A model generated the notes under the pieces. It made no database searches. It had not been told where the DNA came from and saw only the letters and a list, made by a program, of their open reading frames with translations. From Hydrolagus affinis (Eukaryota), in the NCBI GenBank assembly GCA_012026655.1, contig JAAILG010001484.1:1-64000 (forward strand): a stretch of 64,000 bases of DNA, written 5' to 3'. Of this stretch, positions 48,172-60,308 are shown piece by piece. The number at the start of each line of letters is the position of its first letter. Within the stretch, counting starts at the first letter, position 1. The position numbers were made by a program, and so were the translations under genes.

Positions 48172-48520
48172 ACATTAGAATATACAGCACAGAAACAGGC
48201 CATTCGACCCAACTGGTCTATGCCGCATTTATGCTCCATACGAGCCTCCTCTGCCCTTCCTCAACTAAACCTACAAGAACAATTTCTATTCCTTTCTCCC
48301 TCATGAACCGAACCAGCTTCTCCTTAAATACATCTATGCTATTTGCCTCAACAACTCCCTGTGGTAGCAAGTTCCACATTCCCACTACTCTCTGCGTAAA
48401 TACATTTCTTCTAACTTCCCTAGTTGATCTATTTGTGACTATTTTATATTGATGGCCCCTGGTTTAGATCTCCCTCACAGGTGGAAACATCTTCCCTATG
48501 TCTACCCTATCAAAACCTTA
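48172..48520 (-). mobile_element. CR1 3' fragment (third subfamily)
   Basis: CAGCACAGAAACAGGCCATTCGACCC end; GTAGCAAGTTCCACATTCCCACTACTCTC reads RVVGMWNLLP on the minus strand. Confidence 0.8.
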
Positions 48521-48604
48521 GATAGACAAGAGGCTGAGTGTTGCAAAGGGCAGTTTAGGATGCACACCCGAAAGGAGAGGGACATGGACCACTAAAAGAA
48601 TAGC

Positions 48605-49200
48605 TTCTCTTCCTCATCTACATGCTCCCTCTCGGCGATGCCATCCGCAGACAGGGTTAACTTCCACATGTATGCGGATGACACACAACTCTACTTTTCC
48701 ACCTCCAGCTGCGACCCCCACTTCTCTGATGTTCCATCAGCTTGTCTGTCGGACATCAAGAGTTGGATGAATGCAAATTTCCTGCAGCTAAACATTGACA
48801 AGATGGAAGCCATACTCTTTGGCTCCTGTTGACGTCAAGACATAAGATCCTCACTCTTGTGTTTAAGTCTGTCCACTCCTCAGCACCTCCCTACCTCTCT
48901 AACCTACTCTCTCCTCACAGCAGTACTCGCTCTACTGAGTACAGCCTCCTCCTTGTTCCCAAATCTTCCGCTCCACCATCAGCGGCCGTGCTTTCAGCCA
49001 ATATGCCCAAATCTTTGGAACTCCCTCCCTCAATCCCTCTGCCTCACCCCCTCCTTTCCCATCTTTAGGTCACAGCTGAAGACTTTTCTCTTCAAACGTG
49101 CCTCCGGCTTCGCCTCCCCCCTGGCTTGGCCTCGGGCTCCGGCATTGTGAAGCTCTTTGAGACCCCACCCGGCATAAATGCAACTTGTTGATGTTTGTTG
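48605..49200 (+). mobile_element. L2 fragment with RT catalytic motif, internally deleted
   Basis: VNFHMYADDTQLYFS...CLSDIKSWMNANFLQLNIDK, joined directly to KILTLVFKS...LWNSLP...LKTFLF. Confidence 0.9.
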
Positions 49201-51384
49201 TATCTGATGCTGTGATGGGCAGTCAATCAACAACATCAACAACAAGAATGTGCACTTACATAGCGCCCTCCATACAGGGAAGCGTCTCAAAGCACTTACT
49301 AGTCTCTGAGCTGGAGGGTGAGGGGAGGGTGGCTGTAAACACGTTTGAAGAGGAAGGATTTCAGGTGGATGTGTGTTCTAGAGGATGAGAGCAGCTGAGG
49401 TGAAGGGGCTCCAGCAACTCTGAGACGTTACTGTCATGAACATCGCTTAGCACAGGTTCACCCAAACCTATCAAGATCTTGTGAACATCACCTCTGCACT
49501 TTGGGATCTGAAATCCAAACCAGATCTGCCAACCTGAGCTGTCCAGGGTGCAGAGGGTAAGGGCACCCACACTCAGGGCCTCACCTCCATAGCATCACAG
49601 ACCAGCCAACCTGGCAGAGTAATCACTAGTAGGGCAGTCATTGACAGAGTAGTCACTGTGGACGGGGATTCTTCCCACTCAGGTCCTATTAACTCTGCAA
49701 GTCTGACGGATACAGTGGTCTTAACTTATCACGTGGTCTTTCAGTGGCTGTCTCTTCTATTAAATAACAAACGCTGTTATACAAAGTATTTTTGTCAGGT
49801 TCAAAGGCATCTCACCAAGTTTTTATCCGTAAAAGTCAAAAGCTTATTAGAAATTCCAATTGAAAGTCCCAATCTCTGTTCAGTGTGCAGTAATTAAGGT
49901 TAACATCAAAAAGCCATTAAGAGAGCTTAATCTCTATTTACCATTTGGTATTTCCGAGCCCTGCTTTGTACTTGTTAGGCAGATCAATTGCATTAATTTA
50001 CAAATAGGGAGAAATGTCAGCCGCCAGCCTTCGAGTCTCATTGTGGCCCAGTGCAGGTGCCGTGTGAGACATGACCTACACATTTTAATTATCGCGTGAG
50101 AAACATCCCTCTCCTCAGATGAACAGTGACACCAAGAATGCAGAAGTTCACTTCAAATGACGGCAGCGATTAAAAGGAATTTAACAGCTAAGTCCTCCAA
50201 TGCAGCTCGCAGCAAGGAGCTGTTAGGCAGATTCCACACAGGCTCTTTCACATCAGCAGGCGGGTGACGTTCCCACAAAGGCTCCGTTAAAGCATTGCCT
50301 GAATGCGCCTTTGTGTCCAGTGTGTTCATCCTCACCCCATTGCTGGGGAAGTCTCTCTCCCACTGGCTCTCGGTCAGATTCCGCCTCTGCCAAGCACTCC
50401 GCGACGCTACCCATTGATAAACTAATGGAACCTGGTGCCATGTGCCTGGTGTTGGCCTGTTTTCCTCTAATGCCCACATCTACCCTATTTACTCACTTAC
50501 TCACGTCCCTATCCTCATACCATCCACCCATGTAACTTGTTTTATCACCACTGTCCCAGTAAAGGAATTCCATCCCATATCCTCAGCGTTCTCTAATCCC
50601 GAGCAACACATTCCTGACCCAAAAAGGAATCAAACAATTGGTTCAGTTTCACTTTACGTGAATGTATAGAGAGCTGCTGAGGGAAGGTACCACAGATACA
50701 GATCCCTGCTCACTAACCAATTTCTATAGCTGCCGTGGCTCAGTTTGAGCTAATATGATGTTCCCCTCACCCCTCCTGGGCTGAACATCGAGGAAAAGGC
50801 CTCAAACACATTAGGAAGATACTTAACCTTTTACAATGTTCATAGCTTGTGACGTACAAGCCACAGTGACAGTCCCTAAACTAAATGGCCTCATTTGTTC
50901 TCATTACCTGCTCCCATCGCAGTGCGGGACTGTTTAGTGCCTCGGGCACTCAGCAGTAACGGAAGTTATCACTTAAATAAATAATAAATGATGCATTTTA
51001 GCTGATAATCTGCAGCGACTTGATGTTTCTGTAATGCGCCGATCATGACAATACTTTTCCTTACAGCTCCCAAAGTGGCTGTAACCCTCAGTCACTGACA
51101 GTGAAGCTTCTCAGCATTAGTGCATTTTACTGTTAAAATCACAGCCATCTACACAAGTATCAGATTGTTAAGTAAGGCAGGGATGTTAACATGTTCAGTA
51201 AATCTACCCCACTTTACACTTTGCTCCTTCGGTTAAAAGTGGAGCTTTCTCTTGAGTGGTTTGGTGATTAAACCAGGATTTTTGTTTTCGTTAATAGTGA
51301 GGAACAGTAACTCACACTGCAGCTGCATTATCGACGTGAAAGGTGCTCTAGAAATGTAATTTTGTTGTTGTTGCTAGCTAAGTA

Positions 51385-52218
51385 CAGTAGACGCCCGTTT
51401 ATCCGGCACCCCCGGGGCCTGGCCGGTGCTGGTTAAAGCGCCTGCCGGATATTCGGCCGAAAACCCAACACCATTTTTTGTTAAATTTACATTTTTAAAA
51501 ACATAGCATATTAATAAGACTAATTAATCATTTATATGATAATATATTATAATAAATAATATTATATAATATATTATAATAAATAATATTATATAATATA
51601 ATATATTATAATAAATAATAATAATAATCCTTTTACACACAGCGACCAGGCAGTTCAGAGAGATCTTTAAACAAGTGCAAAGGTTACACGTCTGAATGAC
51701 ACTGTTCTCATTGGGGACAGAAGAGAGGAAAGCAAACGTGTTATTGAGAAAGCAGCCGCTGCTGTCACTGTTCAGTTAACTTTCCTTCCAAAAAGCCTTG
51801 TGATGCCTGTGTGTGTGTGTGTGTGTGTGAGCACTAACTTGTATTCTGTAAAAAAAAACAGATTGGGCATTGCAGGTTTTTTATTAAAATCAAAGCTGTG
51901 ATATGCATTGATCTGCTTTGCTCAGGGTGTGTGTGTTTTGTTGTTTTGCGGCTAAATTAAATCTAAATTAGTCAACTCACCCTCGCTCTCTCTCAAAGAG
52001 TACACAGAGTGTATTGCTGTACAGTACCGGCAGCATTCTGAGCTAGCGCCACCATCAGGCACCTAGTAGCAGCATTCCAAAATACTGGCAACACAAAACA
52101 CCCCAAAAATGCAATTTTCCGGATAAATTCCGGTTTATCGAATGTGGACCTTTTTTTTCCAGTGCCGGCTATACGGTAGTTACGGTTGATCGGGTCACGG
52201 ATAAACAGGCTTTTACTG
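51385..52218. mobile_element. Tc1/mariner-superfamily (pogo/Tigger-like) MITE, 834 bp
   Basis: TIRs CAGTAGACGCCCGTTTATCCG and CGGATAAACAGGCTTTTACTG (18/21 match), flanked by a TA duplication (51383-84, 52219-20). No ORF; internal AT-rich tandem repeat (51535-51628) and (TG)n. Confidence 0.85.
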
Positions 52219-52289
52219 TATCTCTATCATAGCTTCAGGAATATTTCAGAGAAAAATAAGCACGATTGATTCTGACTGTTCTGTGCAAC

Positions 52290-52462
52290 TGTATATTCTG
52301 TGAAGCGCTTTGAGACATCTAGAAGACGTGAAAAGCGCTATATCAAATGCAAGGATTATTATTATTAAATAGTAAATTCACTTCACAGTGCATTTGATGC
52401 AGCGCTTTGAGATGGCTCAATGACTTGACAATGTATCAAATGGAAGGATTATTATTATTATT
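52290..52462 (+). mobile_element. Two tandem SINE tail fragments
   Basis: AGCGCTTTGAG...GGATTATTATT occurs twice (52290-52366, 52400-52462). Confidence 0.75.
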
Positions 52463-52952
52463 TATCCCTCTCCATCCCAAAGCGGAATCGATTTCTGTAC
52501 AATACAACAACGACTTGTATTTATATAGCGCCTTTCATGCACAAAGAGTCTCCATGCACTTAACAGTAGTGCAGTTTGATATCATAGTTGTAAGACTGAC
52601 TGTCTGAAAATACCTATAATTGCTCAAGACAAAACACAAATCTTTCCTTTTAACTCACAAGGTTAATAATTCAGGTGCTGTGCAGACAAAGGGACAGCAT
52701 GTGTTGCTGTGATTCCTGGTGACAGTGTGAATGGGATGGTCTGTCATGCAGAAGGAATTGGTCACTAAGTGCTTGAGCACCACAGACAATGAAGCTGGTC
52801 TGAAGAGAGGAACCTAAGTCATGTTTGTGTTTATATGCTCAGGCGCGCTCATGACACAGTCCTCAGGGTCCCTATGATATCAAACCTGGTCTCCAGGGAA
52901 GTGTCCATAACTACAAACACAAAGGAGGCAAAGAACAACAGCTTTATATCAG

Positions 52953-53120
52953 AGATATCAGGGTAATAGTGTGAGTGTACACACACACACCCACAGATAT
53001 CAGGGTAATGTGTGAGTGTGTACACACACACATAGATATCAGGGGTAATGTGTGAGTGTACACACACACAAACAGATATTAGCGGTGTGTGTGTGTGTAC
53101 AGATACCAGGGGTGTGTGTG
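52953..53120. repeat. About 40-bp minisatellite, about 5 copies
   Basis: Units begin AGATATCAGGG at 52953, 52995, 53034, 53074 and 53101 (the later ones degenerate); most contain GTGTGAGTGTACACACAC. Confidence 0.85.
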
Positions 53121-53124
53121 TCTG

Positions 53125-53285
53125 AGATTGATTCATTTCTAAAGGATAGAGGGATTAAGGGATATGGCGATAAAGTGGGTAAATGGAATTAGGTTAGAAG
53201 ATAAGGCATGATCTTATTAAATGGTGAGGCAGGCTCGGGGGGGCGAATGGCCTACTCCTGCTCCTTTTCTTGTGTTCCTATGTAT
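53125..53285 (+). mobile_element. CR1 3' end fragment
   Basis: GAGATTGAT...AAGGGATATGG...GAATGGCCTACTCCTGCTCC...GTTCCTATG. Confidence 0.75.
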
Positions 53286-55129
53286 AGGTGTGAATGTACA
53301 GTTACACACACACTAATACTGTGGCTCACACCCAATACTAGTTGTAAAACTATAGCATTCTAAGCTTAACACACTCATGTTCTCAAATATATAAATCACA
53401 GTTAAGTCACATTTATATTCACACATACAGAAAGTGAGATACAGAAAATATTTTCATTAGCTGTGTTCTGTTAGGGGACAAAGAAATGTCAGCTTGACCC
53501 ACTGACAGGATGAAAGGTGGGGTTCCCCATGTTGTGGTTTTATGACAGCTTTACCTTGATGTGCACACCACAAGCTGACATGCTACACTGTACGCTGAAG
53601 GCAAATTCCTGTTATCAAATGTGCTGCTAAAAATCTAATCTGAAGCAGTGAAGAATATTAGAATCCCGGCTTCTCTCCTGTACATCAGGCTTAACTTCAA
53701 AGTCACTGCCCCAGGCACCAAAATGGATTTCCTTGTCTGAACACCAGATATTTCTATGTGACTGAAAGGAACAATATGTGCTTCCCCAACCCAATATGTG
53801 AGACCTTTGTGAGACTGCTCTTTCTCCGCACAGACCTTGCTGTGACTGGGATGCACAGACGACACAGTGAGAAGTGAGAGACGCCTCTAAGGGCTGCCAA
53901 TAACAGCAGCAGCTGCTCAAAGGCCAACCATTGTCCCTACGTCCAATCACAAAGGGTAAACAGGCCAGATACAATAAATCTACACTGATATACAAGCCCT
54001 GTCATGCTGCTCACACTGCAGCATCAGTATCAGCGTCCGGCGTGGAGGACACTATAAATATAAGTTATTGTTGTTGTGTTTTTCAGCACAGCCACTTGGG
54101 CCTCAGTACACAGAGATTTAAAAGGAAACCAATTAGCCTGAATGCATTGGCTATTAATTAAGTATCGGCCATTGTCCCATTGGAATGTGAGTTTGCCAGA
54201 ATCCATTGATTAGATCAGAGGATCTTTGCAAAGTGATTACATTACTGAGACAAAATAAAGGGCACACACCTCATACTCCTCACACTCTCAAACTCACTAT
54301 CTCTCCCATCAACCGACAGACCTGAATGGTTCACATTACTGGTATCTCATTGTTTCTCCTAAATTTACAGATGCCTCTGAGATGCCGTCCCGCATGGAGG
54401 GCGCTATATAAATCGAAGTTGTTGTTGTTATTAACGAGTGTAGAGTTGGTGGAGAATGAGATGAGAATATGCTACAAGCAGGGGCTCCAAGGTGAAGATC
54501 TGATAGAAAGGTAGTCGATCCAACCCTGTAGGGCAGATGGGAATCACGCTCCAGACAGTTTTAATGAGAATGATTTTAATGAGGTTATATTGATAGGAAA
54601 TATTTATTCTTCGAACTCCCTTCACTCCCCATCTCACTATCTCACCTCCCTGAGCATAGGGCTGTGAGTCCCTCATAGAATGAAAGACATAAAGCATCTC
54701 CTCAACAAACCACCTTTCCCCAGAACAAATACCTTGTTCATTTCCAGCCTGAGATTAATGCAGACAGACTCTATGCAGACCTAACCAACTTGGTCAATTG
54801 CTTTCTAATTGCAACCAATTCATCTCAACCAATATGCAATATTATAGAATAAAAAATCATTTAAAAGAATTATCTATATTTAATTATAAATAATTGTTGT
54901 ACTCATTCACCTCAAATGAATTCAATTACTTCACTTCACGTTAATTCCCTGAAATGGTTTGTTCGTCCCTTGAATAAAGCTCCCTACCCCCTCCCCCCAC
55001 ACTTAGTGATGTGCACAGTGCAAGCCTGGGAGCAGCTCATGATAATTAAAGTAATGAAATTAATACTGTTTTTTAGAAGATGTTGCAATATTTTGCTGGT
55101 CTCCATTTAATGACTAGTTTGTGTCTCAG

Positions 55130-55318
55130 CTGGTAATAATAATAAAAAAAATCCTCGCATTTAATACAGCGCTTTATTGCGTCTTCGAGACGTCTCAAAG
55201 CGCTTTACAGAGCGACTATGGGTGAAACGTGGCAGCCAATTGCACCCCACAAAGATTGGTCTGGATTGAGTGGCAACATTATTATTTTTATTCATTCATT
55301 TTTTGAAAGGATTATTAC
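55130..55318 (-). mobile_element. Diverged tRNA/Deu SINE 3' part
   Basis: AATCCTCGCATTT...GAGACGTCTCAAAGCGCTTTACAG...GGCAGCCAATTGC. Confidence 0.7.
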
Positions 55319-55416
55319 CCCCGGAAACCCAATCAACTAACAACAACCTAAGGCATAAATTAAGACGAGTTTGTGTCTGAGGCTGTGTGCAAGTACAGAG
55401 GGTGAAGGGGAAATGG

Positions 55417-55430
55417 GTTGCCATAGCAAC
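55417..55430. promoter_or_regulatory. RFX X-box-like palindrome
   Basis: GTTGCCATAGCAAC, a 13/14 match to the palindromic RFX consensus GTTGCCATGGCAAC, in non-repetitive sequence. Confidence 0.5.
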
Positions 55431-55789
55431 GCCCGCCGTGCTCTTGACAATCGAGATGCTCACGTCCACTTGCAGAACATTTTACATTTATAGCTACTGA
55501 ATAACCAACACTTTCTTCATCCTTACCATCAAATAGCCAAACACCAGCCAGACAACTCGCGTAGAAATGAAAGCTCCAGGTGAATGGATTAAATGGATTC
55601 TTCGGAAATAATTCTCCTCTCCACCCCACGTCACTGCCCAGATAGACATTGGTTTATCCTACAGACAGCGCGGAAACCAACCAACCCCCAGCCGTCAAGC
55701 CTGCCCGAGAGGCAGCACCAGCCACAGACCCCACCTGACCCTGACTTGCCCAGCGCCTTTTGGACACTCTTCTCCAAATGAGCCATTTT

Positions 55790-56095
55790 GGAGTCCTGAG
55801 GCTCAGTGGTTAGAGCGCTCACCTTACAAGTGAGAGACCTGTGTTCGATTCCAGGCAGGTCAGGGTGAAACCTTGAGCAAGTTTCCTTACTCGACGGGCC
55901 TGATAATAGTCCCTCCAAAAAAACAATAATTCATTTCAATCCACAACTGTTTGTGAGACGCTGCTGTGCACAATTGCTGCATTTCGCCCACAAATATACA
56001 GTCAATTCTCTTTATAGTAAAAATGCTTTGAGAAATGCTTTGAGATGTCCAGAAGACATGAAAAGTGCTATATCAAATGAAACGATTATTATTAT
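55790..56095 (+). mobile_element. Full-length tRNA/Deu SINE
   Basis: AGGCTCAGTGG A box, CTCAC-CTTACAA-GTGAG arm, GTTCGATTCC B box, Deu core and tail. Confidence 0.88.
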
Positions 56096-56302
56096 CTTGC
56101 ATTTGATGTAGAGCTTTTCACTATATTTTAGGTCCTTGGTCTTCTTTTAATTCACAAAGAAAATGTGGCACAGAATCCATTTTCTGTCATCACGTCATAG
56201 AAACCATTCCATGCTGCTACTGAGACAGGAAAGGGCCATCACTGGGATTCCATTACATTCTGTAGTGAAGACCGGGGCACCTTATACCTTCATTTTAAGT
56301 AT

Positions 56303-56455
56303 ACAACAACAGCAAAATTACATTTGTATACAGACTTTCACGTCGCGAGGCCATCCCAAGGAGCTGGACAGTCAATGTTTCAGAACCGAGCTGAAATCGG
56401 AATTGGGGAGGGTGCAGGGAAGGAGGGTGACCAATGGCACGGTCGAAGAGGAGTA
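56303..56455 (-). mobile_element. L2 3' UTR/tail fragment
   Basis: CAACAACAGCAAAATTACATTTGTATA...CAGTCAATGTTTCAG, matching 60748-60910. Confidence 0.75.
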
Positions 56456-57939
56456 AATTTGTGCAAATTTGCATGTAATTCGATTTTTTATTTTTTTAAA
56501 TAACATTCATACAATAAATTTATATCAAAGAATAATCAATTACAGTACTTGCCAATCATTAATCCCTCAATACGCAACTGTTTGTGCAATTCTATTTTGC
56601 TTCAGCCAAAACATTTACAGTCACTCCACTTTACAGTATATTCTGCGAAGCACTTTGAGACGACCCAATGGCACTATATAAGGCACTATATCAAATGCAA
56701 GGATTATTATTCTAGATAGTGAAAGGGTCTCCCATCAGGAAACCATTTTCACTAAATAATTCACTGTAAATCACTTTCCTGTTAAACTATCTCAGAAAGG
56801 GTATCTCACACTTCAAACCCACTGCAGTCTCACACAGTGGGGCTCCCCTGACAAAGAACTTGAGACAAACATGCTGGGGTCTGATTTGTGGGATGGAAAG
56901 GGAGGCAGGTCTAAACCCTATTGCCCCCACCTCGCCTCCCCTCCCCCACCAACTCCAGGTTCATCTGACAAGTCTCTGAGCAGCGAAATAGATTGAGAAA
57001 TTACAATTTACATAAACTAGGCCGGTTGATAATTGGTGAGAATTTATTGCACACGAACATGATCATATTAATGAGTTGTCATCATCCAACACGGATTCTT
57101 CCAAGTCACCATTGACCTCAGAGTCTGTGCTTCGCTGGATATCGCACCTCCCCAGCTGCTTACCTCAGGGGATTAGTGAGGCTGGTCTCTTTGAGCTGAA
57201 TTGTTGGCAACTACTTACACAGTGACGCGGGGAGATGGGAAACCATACAAAGCCAAAGCTCTGATGCCCTGTGTACACACGGCAAGGGGTATTGATTGAA
57301 CCCTGACTGAATGTTTGTATGTCAGAACAATTTTTCACAGACCTGGACAACTGCGGTCACAGGAGACCAGTCATCAGCCGCCCAAAACAACTGCTCTAGT
57401 CCTCCACACAGCAATTACCACAGAGTCCATTACAGCTCCTGGAAGGCTCCAGGGAGCTGAGAAGTCATATTGGAAAGGTCAGTTCCATCGCTAGGTACAG
57501 CAAAGCTTTGCTTGGTCAAATGGAGTGGAAAGCATTGACTGTTCGTCACTCCCCAGTAATTCAGGCTCCCAGTCAGGGTGCACTGGGCTTGTAAATAAAA
57601 TCAGTGGCTTTGTCTGTGTCAGGCTTCACTGGGGCACAGAGCACCTAAGCGTTTCACAACATATCACTGGCTAGTGCTGGTGGGAGACATACATCTGGGA
57701 AACGCTTTCAAAATGCAAAGCAACATCACTGTGCAGGTTCCAATGTATCTGTACTATCTAGCACAGCTTTTCATTCATCAAAGTCCATTTGTTGTTCTGC
57801 TGTATTTAACAAGCAGCTCAAGTATACTTTCTCATCTGTGGTTGTGTGATCTCGTTAACCTAGATTTTTAAAATTTGAAACCTATAGTTGGATTAATTCA
57901 GAATTTTAACCTCATTTTAACTAACACCATCAGTATAAA

Positions 57940-57947
57940 GATATATG

Positions 57948-57981
<34 letters not shown>

Positions 57982-57997
57982 TATATATATCTATATA
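57940..57997. repeat. (TA)n/(CA)n microsatellite
   Basis: Direct reading. Confidence 0.9.
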
Positions 57998-58829
57998 AAT
58001 ATTGGAATAGGCCTTTATTAGATCCTGTGTATTTTTCTGCTATAACAGGATGTAACCTTGAGAAGCAGCATAAATAGTACAAGAAAAAATATTTACCTTC
58101 CTAAAAGAAAATATTGCTGTTTAACATCATTACCGCTCAGCAATCAGAGAATTGTGTCCCAACTCTCTGCCTTCTAACATAGCAACCAATTCCTGTTCAT
58201 TTCCAGAAGCTAGCTCCAATGTGAATGTGACTTTGGCTGCTCAGTTTGTGTAAGACTTTATATCAGTGACTTTTGAAAAGTTTTTAGTATTAGAACGAGG
58301 AGATGAGAAACAGCTGGCTGGTGCCATTCTGAAATGTTGCTAACATCTGCTCACGTCCTGTCACAAGCTGCTCGGTGTTTCTTATTGCACGATGTTTTGA
58401 CTGTATAAATTAACAGCAATTTAGAAAACTGACAGCCCATTGCATTACGAAAACCGCTGAAACCAAACAGCAGACTTACACGCTTAAGACATTCTGTCAG
58501 GAACAAGGAGGAGACGCCACACTTGGCAACAACTGGTCTGGTCACTACACTGGTGGCAAGAGACCTGAATGTCACAGGCCAGGTGAGGTGGCCACTCTAC
58601 GGGCCTCGGTGACCATTGCTAATGGAGACAGAATCAACATGAGGCTGAAACCATCCAGTCTGGCACTGAGGAAGTATTCACCTGCTATGGGTCTCTTTAA
58701 CACTGCATTAAACAGAAGCTTTCCACACCTGGTTCCCTCGGTGTGTACACAACACAGTAGCACAACTTCACACGGTGAGGACTCCAGAATTCAGCTCTAT
58801 AAAGAAAATGTCTGAAGAGTGAATCTGTG

Positions 58830-59010
58830 CACAAGCTCCCTAGGGAGATGGTTGAAGCAGAAAGTGTAGATTCTTTCAAACACAGATTAGGAAATAACAT
58901 TATATCTACATGGATACAGTACATAGGTAGTTTGGGACACATGCAATCGCCAGGTAGGTGAAAGGCCAACTAGATGGACCTTAATGTTTTTTCACCTTGC
59001 ATTTCTTATG
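58830..59010 (+). mobile_element. Diverged CR1 3' fragment
   Basis: CTCCCTAGGGAGATGGTTGAAGCAGAAAGTGTAGATTCTTTCAAA (LPREMVEAESVDSFK). Confidence 0.65.
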
Positions 59011-59014
59011 TTTT

Positions 59015-59540
59015 TTTTGCCAATTCCTCCCTCCACAGGTTGAAGATAATCCAGAACTCTGCGGCCTGTGTCCTCCATCGCTCCAAGTTTCGTGACCCCA
59101 TCTCTACCATCCTCACCCAACTCCATTGGCTCCCCATCACCCAGAGGATCCAATTCAAGATCCTGACGTTACATTTAAAGCCCTTCATAGCCTTGCCCCA
59201 CCCTACAACCGCGACCTCCTAACCCCTTACTAATCTGCCCGCCCTCTCTGCTCAGTAGGCTCCCACCTGCCCTACCATTGATGGGCAAGCCTTCAGCCAC
59301 TCTGCCCCCGACCAGCGGAACTCCATCCCACAGTACCTCTGCCTTGCCGCCTCCCTGGATTCCTTCAAGTCCCGCCTCAAGACCCGCTTCTTCGATGGTC
59401 CCATCAGTCACTCCAAATCCCCCCTTTTCTCTCCATCCTCCCTGTCCCCAGCTCGGTGCTGAAACAATGACTGTCCAGTGCCTTGGGACATCTTCCTGAC
59501 ATAAAAGGCACTATACAAGTGTAATTTTGTTGTTGTTGTT
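59015..59540 (+). mobile_element. L2 3' fragment
   Basis: RLKIIQNSAACVLHRSKFRDPISTILTQLHWLPITQRIQFKIL plus tail (TTG)n. Confidence 0.9.
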
Positions 59541-59659
59541 CTTCTTATATCTGCGTCTCATATTTGTGTCGGCTCTAACGTGGAAACTAGGGCAGGCTTT
59601 GCTGAGGGGTATCTTGGCTAAATTAAATATCTAATTATCTTTCCTCCCCACATCCGGTC

Positions 59660-60308
59660 CCTCACCGCCTTCTTCCATCTCCAACACATCGCCTGTCTCC
59701 GCCAATATCTCACCCTAAAAGCTGCTGAAACCCTGGCCCATGCCTTTGTCAACTCTACTCAATTGCCCTCCTTGCCGGTCTCCCCTCCGTCACCATTCAT
59801 AAAATCCAGCTCATACAGAACTCCCACCGCCCGCATTCTCACCCATACAAAACTCCGCTCCCCGATTACCCCAGTCCTTGCGAGACTGCACTTGCTCCCT
59901 GTCCCAGAGAGGATCGATTTCAAGATCCTCATGCTTGTATTCAAATCCCTCCACTCCTCTGCACTCCCCTACCTCTCTGACCTCCTCTCTCCTCACAACA
60001 GCACTCGTTGCCTTCGCTCTACCGGATCTGGCCTCGTTTTTGTCCCTCGAATCCTCTGCTCCACCATCGGCGGCCGTGCTTTCAGCCACTCCACCCTGAG
60101 GCCTTGGAACTTCCTCACTCACTCCCTTTGCCTCGCCTCCTCCTTTCCTATTTTCAAGTCTCGGTTCAGACCTTTCTTTTTGACCCGCTTTCAGTCACCT
60201 TCTTCCCTCTCCCCCTGGCTCGGCCCGGGGATCCATTATTGGGAAGCGCTCTGAGACGCCGTTTGGCATGGAGGGTGCTATATAAATCCATTGTTGTTAT
60301 TGTTGTTG
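59660..60308 (+). mobile_element. L2 3' fragment (second subfamily)
   Basis: ARILTHTKLRSPITPVLARLHLLPVPERIDFKILMLVFKSLH...TIGGRAFS; tail GGCATGGAGGGTGCTATATAAATC. Confidence 0.9.

Noticed and set aside
55818-55834. Apparent compensatory change in the anticodon stem (CTCGC/GCGAG to CTCAC/GTGAG)
   Set aside because: Both changes are ordinary CpG deaminations on opposite strands, so they are not evidence of structural selection.
55790-55865. tRNA-Val(TAC)-like cloverleaf (also 5975-6046, 35245-35317, 39883-39950, 43037-43110)
   Set aside because: These are SINE heads: they have no proper acceptor stem, run directly into the SINE body, and have varying anticodons (TAC, TGC, CAC).
57158-57250. 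Two GTAAG donors on the minus strand with an upstream ATG
   Set aside because: The ATG frame ends in phase 1 or hits a stop; no supporting acceptor or promoter.
58097-58100. TTTTCTTTTAG|GAAG|GTAAAT 4-nt micro-exon on the minus strand
   Set aside because: Frameshifting, weak donor and AT-rich context; likely chance.
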